A DNA stretch of 47,976 nucleotides from an uncultured Elusimicrobiaceae bacterium (GCA_964587805.1 CAZPMW010000006.1:1-47976), one strand, 5' to 3'. Numbered from the stretch's first letter, positions 26,102-35,059 are shown. The notes: generated by a model not told the origin, from the letters alone. Numbers and translations: made by a program.

Positions 26102-27481
26102 ATGAAACGCGCCCGCACCAAAAAAGCGGAGCCCCTCGTCAGGGAGATTCCCTACGCGGAGCCGGTTAGCCTGGCGGCGCGGCTCGCCGGGCAAAAACAT
26201 CTTACCCTGCTGGACAGTTCCATGCGCCATCCGCTGCTTGGGCGCTATTCCTATCTGTCCTGTGACCCTGTCGCCTCGCTCATTGTCCGCGACGGAGTGA
26301 CGACCTGGAACGGGAAGACCAGGGCCGCACCGGCGCTGAGCGCGCTGGACAAAATTCTGGCTGAGAATCGCACCGTGCACCTGAAGGGGCTGCCGCCTTT
26401 TCAGGGCGGGTTTATGGGCTATATCGGCTATGAATTCGGCCGGGTTCTGGAGCCGCGCGCCCGCATGCCAAAATGGCCTGCCCTGTGTCCGGAGCTCATG
26501 CTGCATCTATACGATGTGGTCGCGGCGTTCGACCATAAACGGAAGAGGGCCTTTATCGTATCGACAGGGCTTATGGGCCGGGATGCCGCCGCCAGGGCGG
26601 ACCGCTTTGAAAAAATGTTGTCGGCGGATCCGCCGCCTCCGGGGCTTGGAGTGATAAAGGGATGGCGCTCTAATTTCACGCGGGCGCGGTTCGAAGCCGC
26701 CGTGAAGCGGACGATCGGCTATATTTTAGCAGGCGATGTTTTTCAGGCCAATATCTCGCAGCGCTTCAGCGCCCCCATACCGGATAAATTCGACGCCTTC
26801 TCTTTCTATCGCCGGCTGCGCGCGGTGAACCCGGCGCCTTTTTCCGCGTTTTTAGATTACGGCGTGCTTGCCGTCGCCTCAAGCTCTCCGGAACGGCTTG
26901 TCAGTTTTGACGGCCGTTTCACGGAGGCCCGCCCAATCAAAGGCACGCGCCGGCGGGAAGCCGACCCGATGCGGGACGCGGCGCTTACCGCCGAGCTGCT
27001 GGCGAGCGGCAAGGACCTGGCGGAGAACGTAATGATAGTGGACCTTCTGCGGAACGACTTCTCGCGGGTCTGTGACCCGGGGTCCGTCACCGTCCCGGTC
27101 CTGTGCGGGCTGGAGAGCTATGCGTCAGTTCATCATCTTACCTCGGTAGTCAGAGGCCGGCTGTCGCTGAACCGTACGCGCGGAGATCTGCTGGGAGCCT
27201 GCTTTCCGGGAGGCTCCGTCACCGGCGCGCCGAAGATCAGGGCGATGGAAGTGATCGGGGAGATAGAAAAATGTCCGCGGGGAATTTATTGCGGCTCTAT
27301 CGGCTTCATCGGGGCGAGCGGCCCGATGGATTTCAATATAGCTATCAGAAGCGTTATGTTCGCGGACGGCGCAGCAAATTTTCAGGGCGGCGGCGGGATC
27401 ACGGCGCGCTCCGAACCGGCCGCTGAGTATGAGGAAACTCTTGCGAAGATCGAGCGGGTCCGTGAGGCTTTTACCCGATGA
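26102..27481 (+). CDS. pabB: Aminodeoxychorismate synthase component I
   Basis: PFQGG..GY..YE, SSSPERL, RPIKGT (PabB-type Lys), KD.AENVMIVDLLRND and FPGGSVTGAPK. Confidence 0.9.
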   Translation: MKRARTKKAEPLVREIPYAEPVSLAARLAGQKHLTLLDSSMRHPLLGRYSYLSCDPVASLIVRDGVTTWNGKTRAAPALSALDKILAENRTVHLKGLPPFQGGFMGYIGYEFGRVLEPRARMPKWPALCPELMLHLYDVVAAFDHKRKRAFIVSTGLMGRDAAARADRFEKMLSADPPPPGLGVIKGWRSNFTRARFEAAVKRTIGYILAGDVFQANISQRFSAPIPDKFDAFSFYRRLRAVNPAPFSAFLDYGVLAVASSSPERLVSFDGRFTEARPIKGTRRREADPMRDAALTAELLASGKDLAENVMIVDLLRNDFSRVCDPGSVTVPVLCGLESYASVHHLTSVVRGRLSLNRTRGDLLGACFPGGSVTGAPKIRAMEVIGEIEKCPRGIYCGSIGFIGASGPMDFNIAIRSVMFADGAANFQGGGGITARSEPAAEYEETLAKIERVREAFTR

Positions 27482-28035
27482 TCCTGATAATTGATAATCA
27501 CGACTCTTTCGTGTACAATATCGCGCGCTACTTTGAGGAGCTGGGCGCGCGCACGCGCGTGAGACGGCATGAGGAGCTTTCCCGGATCGACCTTAAGATG
27601 ACCGCCATGGTTATATCTCCTGGACCCTGCGCGCCGCGAGAAGCGGGCCGCTCTATGAGCCTGCTGCGCCGCTTCTCCGGGCGGGTGCCGATCCTGGGCG
27701 TCTGTCTGGGGCATCAATGCGTGGGAGAGGCTTTTGGCGGAAAAGTAGTCCGCGCGAGACGGCCGCTGCACGGCGACTCTTCGCGCATCTTTCATAACGG
27801 AAGCGGACTTTTCGCCGGGATACCGGACGGATTCAGGGCCGGCCGCTACCATTCCCTGATAGTGGAAGAGGCAGGCGCTGACCTGGAAGTTACGGCGCGC
27901 TCGGAGGAGGGTGAGATCATGGCTTTAAGGCACCGGTCGCAGCCGACCTATGGGGTGCAGTTCCATCCTGAGTCAATTCTTACGGAGCATGGCTATGACC
28001 TTCTTCGCAACTTTCTGAAGGAAGTGAAAGTATGA
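27478..28035 (+). CDS. pabA: Aminodeoxychorismate/anthranilate synthase glutaminase component II
   Basis: IDNHDSF, SPGPC.P, GVCLGHQ, RYHSL and QFHPES; ATGA overlap with pabB. Confidence 0.9.
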   Translation: MILIIDNHDSFVYNIARYFEELGARTRVRRHEELSRIDLKMTAMVISPGPCAPREAGRSMSLLRRFSGRVPILGVCLGHQCVGEAFGGKVVRARRPLHGDSSRIFHNGSGLFAGIPDGFRAGRYHSLIVEEAGADLEVTARSEEGEIMALRHRSQPTYGVQFHPESILTEHGYDLLRNFLKEVKV

Positions 28036-28892
28036 AAGTACGGTTCGCCGGGCAGGATTGCCCCGGCTATCTGCCTATGGACCCGGGAGAGCGGGGGCTG
28101 TTGCTTGGGGACGGCGTTTTTGAGACCATTCTGGCGCTCGACGGAAGGCCGGTCTGGCTGCCCGATCACCTGGACCGCCTGCTGGCCGGCGTTTCAGTTT
28201 TTGGCCTGAAGGCTGAGAGGACGCAGCTGGAACGGGAAGCCCTCGCGGTAATCGGCCCTGAGCCGGGAATTATTCGCCTGACCGTTATGCGCGGCGCGGG
28301 CCCCCGCGGCCTGGCGGCCGGCGGCCCGCAGGCGGCGCCGGTTCTGGCTACTTTCTACCCGTTGCCCGCCGCCACGATCCGCGCACCGGTGCGGCTTGCG
28401 GTTTCTTCCGTGCGGCGCAACGAGGGCTCTCCCGCGGCGCGCCTTAAAACTCTTTCGTACGCGGACAATATCCTGGCTGCCCGTGAAGCTGTTTCGCGCG
28501 GAGCCGACGACGCCCTGATGCTGAATAATGCCGGAAGCGTGGCATGTGTCAGCGCGGGGAATATCTTCGCTATCAGTGGCTCAAAGCTCCTCACCCCGCC
28601 CTGCTCCGACGGTGTCCTGGCCGGTATCGCGCGCAAGCATATCCTGGCGTGCGCCGGCCGGCTTGGCCTGGACCCGGCCGAAGGGCCGTTGAGGGTGGAA
28701 GATCTGACTGCGGCCGACGCTGTCTTTATGACCAACAGCCTGCGGCTGGTCAGCCCCGTTACGGAGCTGGACGGGGTCGCTCTTAAGCGCAAAGCCGGCG
28801 CTGTTATTGAGCGGATATTCGCTGAGTTATGCAAAAGCGTGCTTTCAGAGACGGGCCGTGATCCGCGGAGCCTTGCGGCGCCAGGTATTTAA
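28032..28892 (+). CDS. pabC: Class IV PLP enzyme, probable 4-amino-4-deoxychorismate lyase
   Basis: RGLLLGDGVFET, LKTLSY, L.GI.R and TNSL; coupled to pabA. Confidence 0.75.
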   Translation: MKVRFAGQDCPGYLPMDPGERGLLLGDGVFETILALDGRPVWLPDHLDRLLAGVSVFGLKAERTQLEREALAVIGPEPGIIRLTVMRGAGPRGLAAGGPQAAPVLATFYPLPAATIRAPVRLAVSSVRRNEGSPAARLKTLSYADNILAAREAVSRGADDALMLNNAGSVACVSAGNIFAISGSKLLTPPCSDGVLAGIARKHILACAGRLGLDPAEGPLRVEDLTAADAVFMTNSLRLVSPVTELDGVALKRKAGAVIERIFAELCKSVLSETGRDPRSLAAPGI

Positions 28893-28992
28893 TGGCCGCG
28901 GCCCCGGCGCATTATAGAGTAGCCGCGGAAAAGTGATAAAATAACCAGACAGGCGCAGTATCTGATATTTCAGGCAGGAGGCTTAGCCGTTT

Positions 28993-30006
28993 ATGAAATC
29001 AATGCTCAGAGGAAAGGATTGGATCGAAACAGTGGACTGGACCAAAGAGGAGCTGGAAACGGTTCTGGAAGTGGCTAAATACCTTAAAATAAAATTTTCC
29101 CTGGGAGAGGCGCACAGGATACTGCAGGACAAGACCCTGTTTATGATGTTCTTCGAGCAGTCTACGCGCACCAGAAATTCCACCGAGGCCGCCATGACCC
29201 AGCTGGGAGGCCACGCCCATGATCTGACCCCGGATAAGATGCAGATATCCCACGGTGAGACGCCTAAGGATACCGGTAAGGTGCTTTCCCGCTACGGCCA
29301 CGGGGTCGCAATCCGCAACTGCTTCTATGGAACCGGAAATAAATACATACGCGAAGTCGCCAAAGAAGCCGATATCCCGGTCACTAACCTTCAGTGCGAC
29401 GTCGACCATCCCTGCCAGTCCATCGCCGACCTTATGACCATGCAGGAAAAATTCGGCACTAATCTCAAAGGCATGAAATGCGTGGTCTCCTGGACCTACG
29501 CCCCGGCATACGCCCGTCCGCTCTCGGTACCACAGGGCCTTATCACTCTGTTGCCCCGCTTCGGCGTGGATGTGACGCTGGCTTACCCGAAAGAGTTCAA
29601 CCTTATACCGAGAACCATGGACGACGCGCAGAGGTTCGCCAAAGACACCGGCGCAAAATTCAAGGTTACTCACAATATGGACGAAGCGTTCAGGGGCGCG
29701 CACATCGTTTATCCAAAATCCTGGGGCTGCCATCAATATCTGAAGGATATTAATGTGCCGGAAGCCGACAAGAAAGACACCGGCATGAAGATAATCGCCA
29801 AGAATAAGAACTGGGTCTGCACCGAAAAACGCATGAAGCTGGCGCATAAGGACGCCGTTTACATGCACCCGCTTCCGGCAGACCGCGGCGCGGAAGTGGA
29901 GGACGCCGTGATAGACGGGCCCCAGAGCGTGGTTTTCGACCAGGCCGAGAACAGGCTGCACACGGTCAAGGCCATCCTCGCGCTGATCATGGGCGGCAGA
30001 CCGTAG
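28993..30006 (+). CDS. YgeW-related carbamoyltransferase (ATCase/OTCase family)
   Basis: STRT, QISHGET, NLQCDVDHPCQ, PLSVPQG, YPKSW, HPLPADRG and QAENRLH; own extended -10 TGaTAAAAT 28934-28942 and SD GGAGG. Confidence 0.85.
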   Translation: MKSMLRGKDWIETVDWTKEELETVLEVAKYLKIKFSLGEAHRILQDKTLFMMFFEQSTRTRNSTEAAMTQLGGHAHDLTPDKMQISHGETPKDTGKVLSRYGHGVAIRNCFYGTGNKYIREVAKEADIPVTNLQCDVDHPCQSIADLMTMQEKFGTNLKGMKCVVSWTYAPAYARPLSVPQGLITLLPRFGVDVTLAYPKEFNLIPRTMDDAQRFAKDTGAKFKVTHNMDEAFRGAHIVYPKSWGCHQYLKDINVPEADKKDTGMKIIAKNKNWVCTEKRMKLAHKDAVYMHPLPADRGAEVEDAVIDGPQSVVFDQAENRLHTVKAILALIMGGRP

Positions 30007-30056
30007 CGCCCGCTTTTTACCGGGCCCGCCATACGGGTCCGATCCGGCCCCTGTCT

Positions 30057-30095
30057 CCGGCGCGGGACGGGCCTGCGCTGTCCGCGCCGGTTTTT
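30057..30095 (+). terminator. Intrinsic terminator-like hairpin
   Basis: CCGGCGCGG(G)AC / GTCCGCGCCGG followed by TTTTT. Confidence 0.6.
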
Positions 30096-30129
30096 ATTGT
30101 AATAGTCGCCAGCACCTTGTGGAGGCAGC

Positions 30130-31239
30130 ATGAAACGGATAAGAATATTCGCTTTTGGCGGAAATGAAGTGTCACCAGCTGGGCTTAAGGATCCCGGGAC
30201 CGGGAAAAGCATCAATCCGGATATAGCCATGCAGTGGCAGCGCACGGCTGAGACCGCAAAGCTCGTGGCGGACATCTTCGAGAAATATCCCGACGACCTT
30301 TACGTCCTGACACATGGGAACGGGCCGCAGGTGGGCAATGTGCTTATGCGCGCGGAGCTGTGCCGGGACACCCTCCCGCCCCTGCCCCTGGACGTATGCG
30401 TCTCTGACACCCAGGGAGCCATGGCCTATATGCTCGCCGAGCTGAATAACGAGCTGAACATCCGCGGCATCGACAATATAGTTACCGGAATAGTCACGCA
30501 GGTGGTTGTTGACAAAGACGATCCGGATTTTAAGAATCCGTCCAAATACATCGGACCCTCGTATTCCGGGGAAGAGGCTGAAAAGCGCACCAAAGATAAC
30601 GGCTGGGTGATGAAACTTTATAAAAAAGACGAAAAAGGCGCCGATATCTGGCGGCGCGTGGTTCCTTCTCCCGTGCCATCTGATATCGTTGAGATAGACG
30701 CTATCGAGGCGTTGCTGGCGAAGGGGATAGTCCCGATAACTGTAGGAGGCGGCGGTATCCCGGTGCGGGAAGTCACCCCGGAAATCAATGCCGGCGCCGA
30801 AGTATACCACTGCAACTACGGCGTGCGGTTCTCCAAAAAACATAAGCCCGGTTCAAAACCGCTCAAAATGTACACCGGAGTTGAGGCAGTTATAGACAAG
30901 GACCTGGCGTCCGCCCTGCTGGGCACGATGCTCCTGAAGCGCGCGAAGACGCGCGGGGAGGAACTGGAGGTCACGCTTACGATATTTACCGGCGAGGACG
31001 GCGCCAAGCTGAACTACCAGAAGCCGGGTCAGACCGACCTGCGCAAGCTTACCCTTGCGGAGCTGGAAGAGCTTTACTCGCGCAAGCCCTGCCCGTTTCC
31101 GCCAGGCAGCATGGGGCCGAAGGTAAAAGCGGTCATAGAATTCCTGAAGGGCGGCGGTCATGCGGCGTTCATCACCAGGACAGATCTGTTCGACGAGACT
31201 TTAAGCGGCCGGGCCGGCACCACGGTGGTGCGCGGATAA
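30130..31239 (+). CDS. arcC: Carbamate kinase (ArcC/YqeA family)
   Basis: AFGGN, THGNGPQVG, P.K.IGP, WRRVVPSP.P, GGGGIPV, EAVIDKD and GSMGPK. Confidence 0.92.
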   Translation: MKRIRIFAFGGNEVSPAGLKDPGTGKSINPDIAMQWQRTAETAKLVADIFEKYPDDLYVLTHGNGPQVGNVLMRAELCRDTLPPLPLDVCVSDTQGAMAYMLAELNNELNIRGIDNIVTGIVTQVVVDKDDPDFKNPSKYIGPSYSGEEAEKRTKDNGWVMKLYKKDEKGADIWRRVVPSPVPSDIVEIDAIEALLAKGIVPITVGGGGIPVREVTPEINAGAEVYHCNYGVRFSKKHKPGSKPLKMYTGVEAVIDKDLASALLGTMLLKRAKTRGEELEVTLTIFTGEDGAKLNYQKPGQTDLRKLTLAELEELYSRKPCPFPPGSMGPKVKAVIEFLKGGGHAAFITRTDLFDETLSGRAGTTVVRG

Positions 31240-31245
31240 AGGTTT

Positions 31246-32484
31246 ATGAAAAAGATCAAGACATTGCAGTGTATAAATTGCGGCAGGGATCACAAGCTTG
31301 CCGAAGTGAAGTACACCTGCGCTTCATGCGGCGGAAATCTTCAGGTTATTTACGATTATACCCTCATAAAAAAACGCCTCAATTACGAGGTTTTAAAGGA
31401 TAACCACGACCGGACGCTATGGCGGTATATGGATATTCTGCCGCTTTCGGGGTTTAAAATGATCCCGCCGGTGCAGGTCGGCTGGACGCCTCTTTACAAG
31501 GCGGAAAGGCTCGGCTCCGGAGTCGGGGTTCCCAACCTTTATATAAAAGACGACGGGCGCAATCCCAGCGCTTCTTTCAAGGACCGCGCCAGCGCCGTGG
31601 TAATAGCCAGGGCGCGCGAGCTAAAGGAAAAAGTTGTGACCTGCGCTTCCACGGGCAACGCCGCCTCCTCCCTGGCCTGCCTTACCGGCAGCCTGGACCT
31701 GAGGACTGTTATCTTTGTTCCGGAAACCGCGCCGGCCCCCAAAGTGGCCCAGCTGTTGGTATTCGGCGCCACAGTGATCATGGTCAAAGGAACTTACGAC
31801 GCAGCCTTCGACCTTTGCCTGAAGGCAGCGGCTGAATACGGCTGGTACAATCGCAGCACCGGGGTGAATCCCTTTACACGCGAGGGCAAGAAAACCTGCG
31901 CGTTCGAGATCTGTGAGCAGATGAAGTGGGAAACTCCGGACAAGGTGTTTGTTCCGGTGGGCGACGGCAATATTATAAGCGGAATGTGGAAGGGATTCGT
32001 GGAGTTCCACCGTCTGGGCATCATAGAAAAACTTCCGCAGATGATCGCGGTGCAGGCTGAAAAATCAGATGCCGTGAAGAGGGCTTTTGAATCGGGGGGG
32101 GACATCCAGCCGGTTTCCGGAGAGACCGTCGCCGACAGCATTTCCGTCAGTACTCCGCGCGACGGCATGGCCGCGGTACTGGCTATTCGCGACTCGCAGG
32201 GGTTCGCCCTTACCGTCACCGACGCGGAGATCCTGGCGGCGATACCCGATGTAGCCAGGGGTTCCAACGTTTTCGCCGAGCCGGCGGCCGCCGCCACTTA
32301 CGCGGGTCTTAAAAAAGCCGTAGCGGAAGGCAGAGTGAAGGATAACGAATCCGTGGTTCTGCTTATAACCGGGAACGGGCTGAAAGATATTGCCAGCGCC
32401 ATGAGATCTGCCGGCCAGCCCTTCGTTATCCAGCCGGATATGGCTGAGCTGCGGAAGCTGGTCGCGTTAAATAAGCTGGCGTAG
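31246..32484 (+). CDS. Threonine synthase-like fold-type II PLP enzyme (function may differ from ThrC)
   Basis: N-terminal CxxC..CxxC; NPSASFKDR (PLP Lys), ASTGNAA, PVGDG, EPAAA and TGNGLKD. Confidence 0.8.
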   Translation: MKKIKTLQCINCGRDHKLAEVKYTCASCGGNLQVIYDYTLIKKRLNYEVLKDNHDRTLWRYMDILPLSGFKMIPPVQVGWTPLYKAERLGSGVGVPNLYIKDDGRNPSASFKDRASAVVIARARELKEKVVTCASTGNAASSLACLTGSLDLRTVIFVPETAPAPKVAQLLVFGATVIMVKGTYDAAFDLCLKAAAEYGWYNRSTGVNPFTREGKKTCAFEICEQMKWETPDKVFVPVGDGNIISGMWKGFVEFHRLGIIEKLPQMIAVQAEKSDAVKRAFESGGDIQPVSGETVADSISVSTPRDGMAAVLAIRDSQGFALTVTDAEILAAIPDVARGSNVFAEPAAAATYAGLKKAVAEGRVKDNESVVLLITGNGLKDIASAMRSAGQPFVIQPDMAELRKLVALNKLA

Positions 32485-32548
32485 CTCCGCTTCATGAGCT
32501 TTGGCTGTGAATTTAACCGGCGCCGGAGCTGATCGCGGAGCGCGCAAG

Positions 32549-32568
32549 GCCCGGGGGTATTCCCGGGC
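32549..32568. terminator. Hairpin between convergent genes
   Basis: GCCCGGG-ggtatt-CCCGGGC; no clear U-tract. Confidence 0.4.
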
Positions 32569-32595
32569 GTTCAAAATATAATCCTATAAGAGAGT

Positions 32596-34158
32596 TTAAA
32601 GCGGCAGGACGATGGTAAAAGCAGAGCCCTTCTGCAGCTGGGACTTGGCGTAAACGCTGCCCCCGTGTATTTCCGCTACTTTTTTAACGAGGGCTAGGCC
32701 CAGCCCCCAGCCTTCCACCTGGCCGGTGAAAGAGGCTTCCACCTGATAGAATTTGTTAAAGATGTTGGCTATCTCCTCACCGGGGATGCCGGGGCCGTTG
32801 TCTCCCACCGAAATAAGAACATGTCCGTCCTTGGCCTGCGCCGAGAGGATTACCAGCTTGTCCTTATTGGGGTTGAACTTGACCGCGTTGTCCACAAGGT
32901 CTTTTAAAGCGTTTATAAGCATCGCCTTGTCGGCGTTTACTTTAAGCGGCTCCGGCATGACCACCTTGAACGTAAGAGAGGGTACGTCCTGGAAGCGAAG
33001 TTTTATAAGCTTTACCGTTTCGCCCAGCAATTCGGTGATGTCGCACTCGGTCTTGTTCAGGCCTGTCTTGTCCAGATTGTCTATGGTCACAAAATCCAGC
33101 AGGCTGTCCACCAGGGCGGATAGCTTGGCTCCCTGCCCCATAATGGTGGCTGCGGATTTTTTTACCAGCTCCGGCAGATTCTTGGAGGCGGCTTCATCAT
33201 TGAGTATCTGGGAATAGCCGTTGATAGAAGCCAGAGGAGTTTTGAATTTATGTGACATAAGGGACAGGACGTTCCTGGCCATGCACTCCTCTATCTTCTG
33301 GGCCGTCACATCCCCCAGTATCCAAAGCCAGCCCTCCATTGTGGAGTTGCCTTCTTTGTCTTCCGTGCGGAGCTTGATAGCTGAGCCGTCCAGATACAGC
33401 TTCTTGGGCTTCTCGCGCATGACTTCGAAGCGGACCGCCGGAGAATCCGACTGCATTATCTGGTCGACAGGCGGCTTCACTGAAAAATTCTCCAGCGCCT
33501 GGCGGATATCGGAGAAATGGAATTTCTCGTATTCCAGGTAAAGCCTGGCGGATTGATTAAGTAGGAGTATTTCGCCGTCGGGGTTGGTCAATACCGCCCC
33601 TTCCTTGATGCGTTTGAATACTATCTCCAGTTTGCGCTTCTCTTCCTTTACTGAAGAGAAGAGCCTGGAGTTCTCTATGGCGATGGCCGCCTGCGAAGCG
33701 AAGGCCTCGAAATTATTTTTATCCGCGTCCACAAAATCGCCATCCGCCTTGTTTATGGCCTGGACCACGCCTATCACCTTACCCTTGATTATCATGGGAC
33801 AGGTCAGGAGCGCGCGTGTCTCGAACCCGCTCTTGTTGTCAACTTTCCTGGCGTGCCGGGGATCGCTGGTGACGTCGTTTATGATAAGGGAGCGCCCTTC
33901 CTTGGCGCAGGTCCCGGCGATGCCCTCGCCGATTTTGAAGCGCATTTTTTGTACGTCTTCCGGCAGGCCTAAGGCGACGTCGAAATAAAGCTCCTGGGCC
34001 TTTTCATCCAGCAGGTACAGGGACGCCCTCTCGGCGCCCACAACGCGCGAGGCAAGGCGCATGATGGTAAGGAGGAGTTCGGAGATATCAAGTTTAGAGG
34101 ATAAAAGCCTGGAGACCATCACCAGCATCTCTAGGCTTTCCTGTGACTGCATTGTCAT
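32596..34158 (-). CDS. Soluble GAF-PAS sensor histidine kinase
   Basis: GAF domain (GEGIAG, GVVQAINK), PAS-like middle, H-box SHKFKTPL, N-box DNAVKF, DNGPGI and GLGL; no TM segments. Confidence 0.9.
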   Translation of the reverse strand: MTMQSQESLEMLVMVSRLLSSKLDISELLLTIMRLASRVVGAERASLYLLDEKAQELYFDVALGLPEDVQKMRFKIGEGIAGTCAKEGRSLIINDVTSDPRHARKVDNKSGFETRALLTCPMIIKGKVIGVVQAINKADGDFVDADKNNFEAFASQAAIAIENSRLFSSVKEEKRKLEIVFKRIKEGAVLTNPDGEILLLNQSARLYLEYEKFHFSDIRQALENFSVKPPVDQIMQSDSPAVRFEVMREKPKKLYLDGSAIKLRTEDKEGNSTMEGWLWILGDVTAQKIEECMARNVLSLMSHKFKTPLASINGYSQILNDEAASKNLPELVKKSAATIMGQGAKLSALVDSLLDFVTIDNLDKTGLNKTECDITELLGETVKLIKLRFQDVPSLTFKVVMPEPLKVNADKAMLINALKDLVDNAVKFNPNKDKLVILSAQAKDGHVLISVGDNGPGIPGEEIANIFNKFYQVEASFTGQVEGWGLGLALVKKVAEIHGGSVYAKSQLQKGSAFTIVLPL

Positions 34159-34171
34159 TAGGTCGTTCCGG

Positions 34172-35059
34172 TCAGCGAAAAAACACCTGAATTAACAATC
34201 TGAAATAATTCTCGCCTGTCGCTCCATTGATTCTATAAAAATTATAAGCGAAGTCAAAGGTGGAATATCCGCTGGGATTAAATTTAATGCCGCCCAAAAT
34301 TGAATCAGCGTCCCCTGTGCTTCTGAAGGATATTCTACTAAATCCCGCGTAAAGATAGCTATCGTAGCCCGGGGCCATGCTCCGGGCGAATTGCGCGCCC
34401 GCTGTCCATTTAGGAAGGGCGGTTACCTGTCTGAACGTGCCCATATTGGCCAGCTCGCCGTGGTCCATGACGGGATTTATGCTGTCGGGGCCCGGGTTCC
34501 GCGTCGGATTGGAATTGCGTGAGGTCCCGGTTTTGGAAAAGCCGGCGGCGGAGACCTGGAAAAAGAACTGCTTGTAATAGATCTTCTCCATCTGAACTTC
34601 GAAGGCATTCTCGGAGAAGGTTTCGCGCCCCGCGGGTCCGGAGGGGGAGAGCAGCGGCGTTTGCTGGCGCGCAACCGCTCCGGAAAGGGTCAGGTGCAGG
34701 CGGCTTTCCTCCGTTTCTTCCTGGAGCGGGAACAGCGCATATAGTTTGGCGCCGCGCGCGCTGGATCCGGTGCCGGAGGAGGCCGGATAGATGAACGGTT
34801 TCATGGAGATCGCAAGGTTGCGCCTGGAATACATCACCGGCGTACGAAAGGCATAGGCTTTTTTCAGGCCATGGTCCCGGTCCTTGTAAAAAGAAGCGTT
34901 AGCGCCGCCCATGAACGCGGGCGATACCCTGGTAAAAACGGACAGTGATTCCCGCCGGAAGCTTCCGGAGCCGAAGGAATAGTCATTTTCCGCCCACCAG
35001 GCCGTGTGAGCGGCAGCCGGCAGCAGAAGAAGGGCCGCGCAAAGGAAGGTTTTTACCAT
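34172..35059 (-). CDS. Exported hypothetical protein, possible outer-membrane beta-barrel
   Basis: Signal peptide; alternating aromatic-rich strands; C-terminal YFRLLIQVFF. Confidence 0.6.
   Translation of the reverse strand: MVKTFLCAALLLLPAAAHTAWWAENDYSFGSGSFRRESLSVFTRVSPAFMGGANASFYKDRDHGLKKAYAFRTPVMYSRRNLAISMKPFIYPASSGTGSSARGAKLYALFPLQEETEESRLHLTLSGAVARQQTPLLSPSGPAGRETFSENAFEVQMEKIYYKQFFFQVSAAGFSKTGTSRNSNPTRNPGPDSINPVMDHGELANMGTFRQVTALPKWTAGAQFARSMAPGYDSYLYAGFSRISFRSTGDADSILGGIKFNPSGYSTFDFAYNFYRINGATGENYFRLLIQVFFR

Noticed and set aside
25220-26506. 428-aa minus-strand ORF across SulP/pabB
   Set aside because: Antisense to two well-supported genes; no recognisable domain.
28999-29961. 320-aa ORF antisense to the carbamoyltransferase
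   Set aside because: Codon-register mirror of a real gene.
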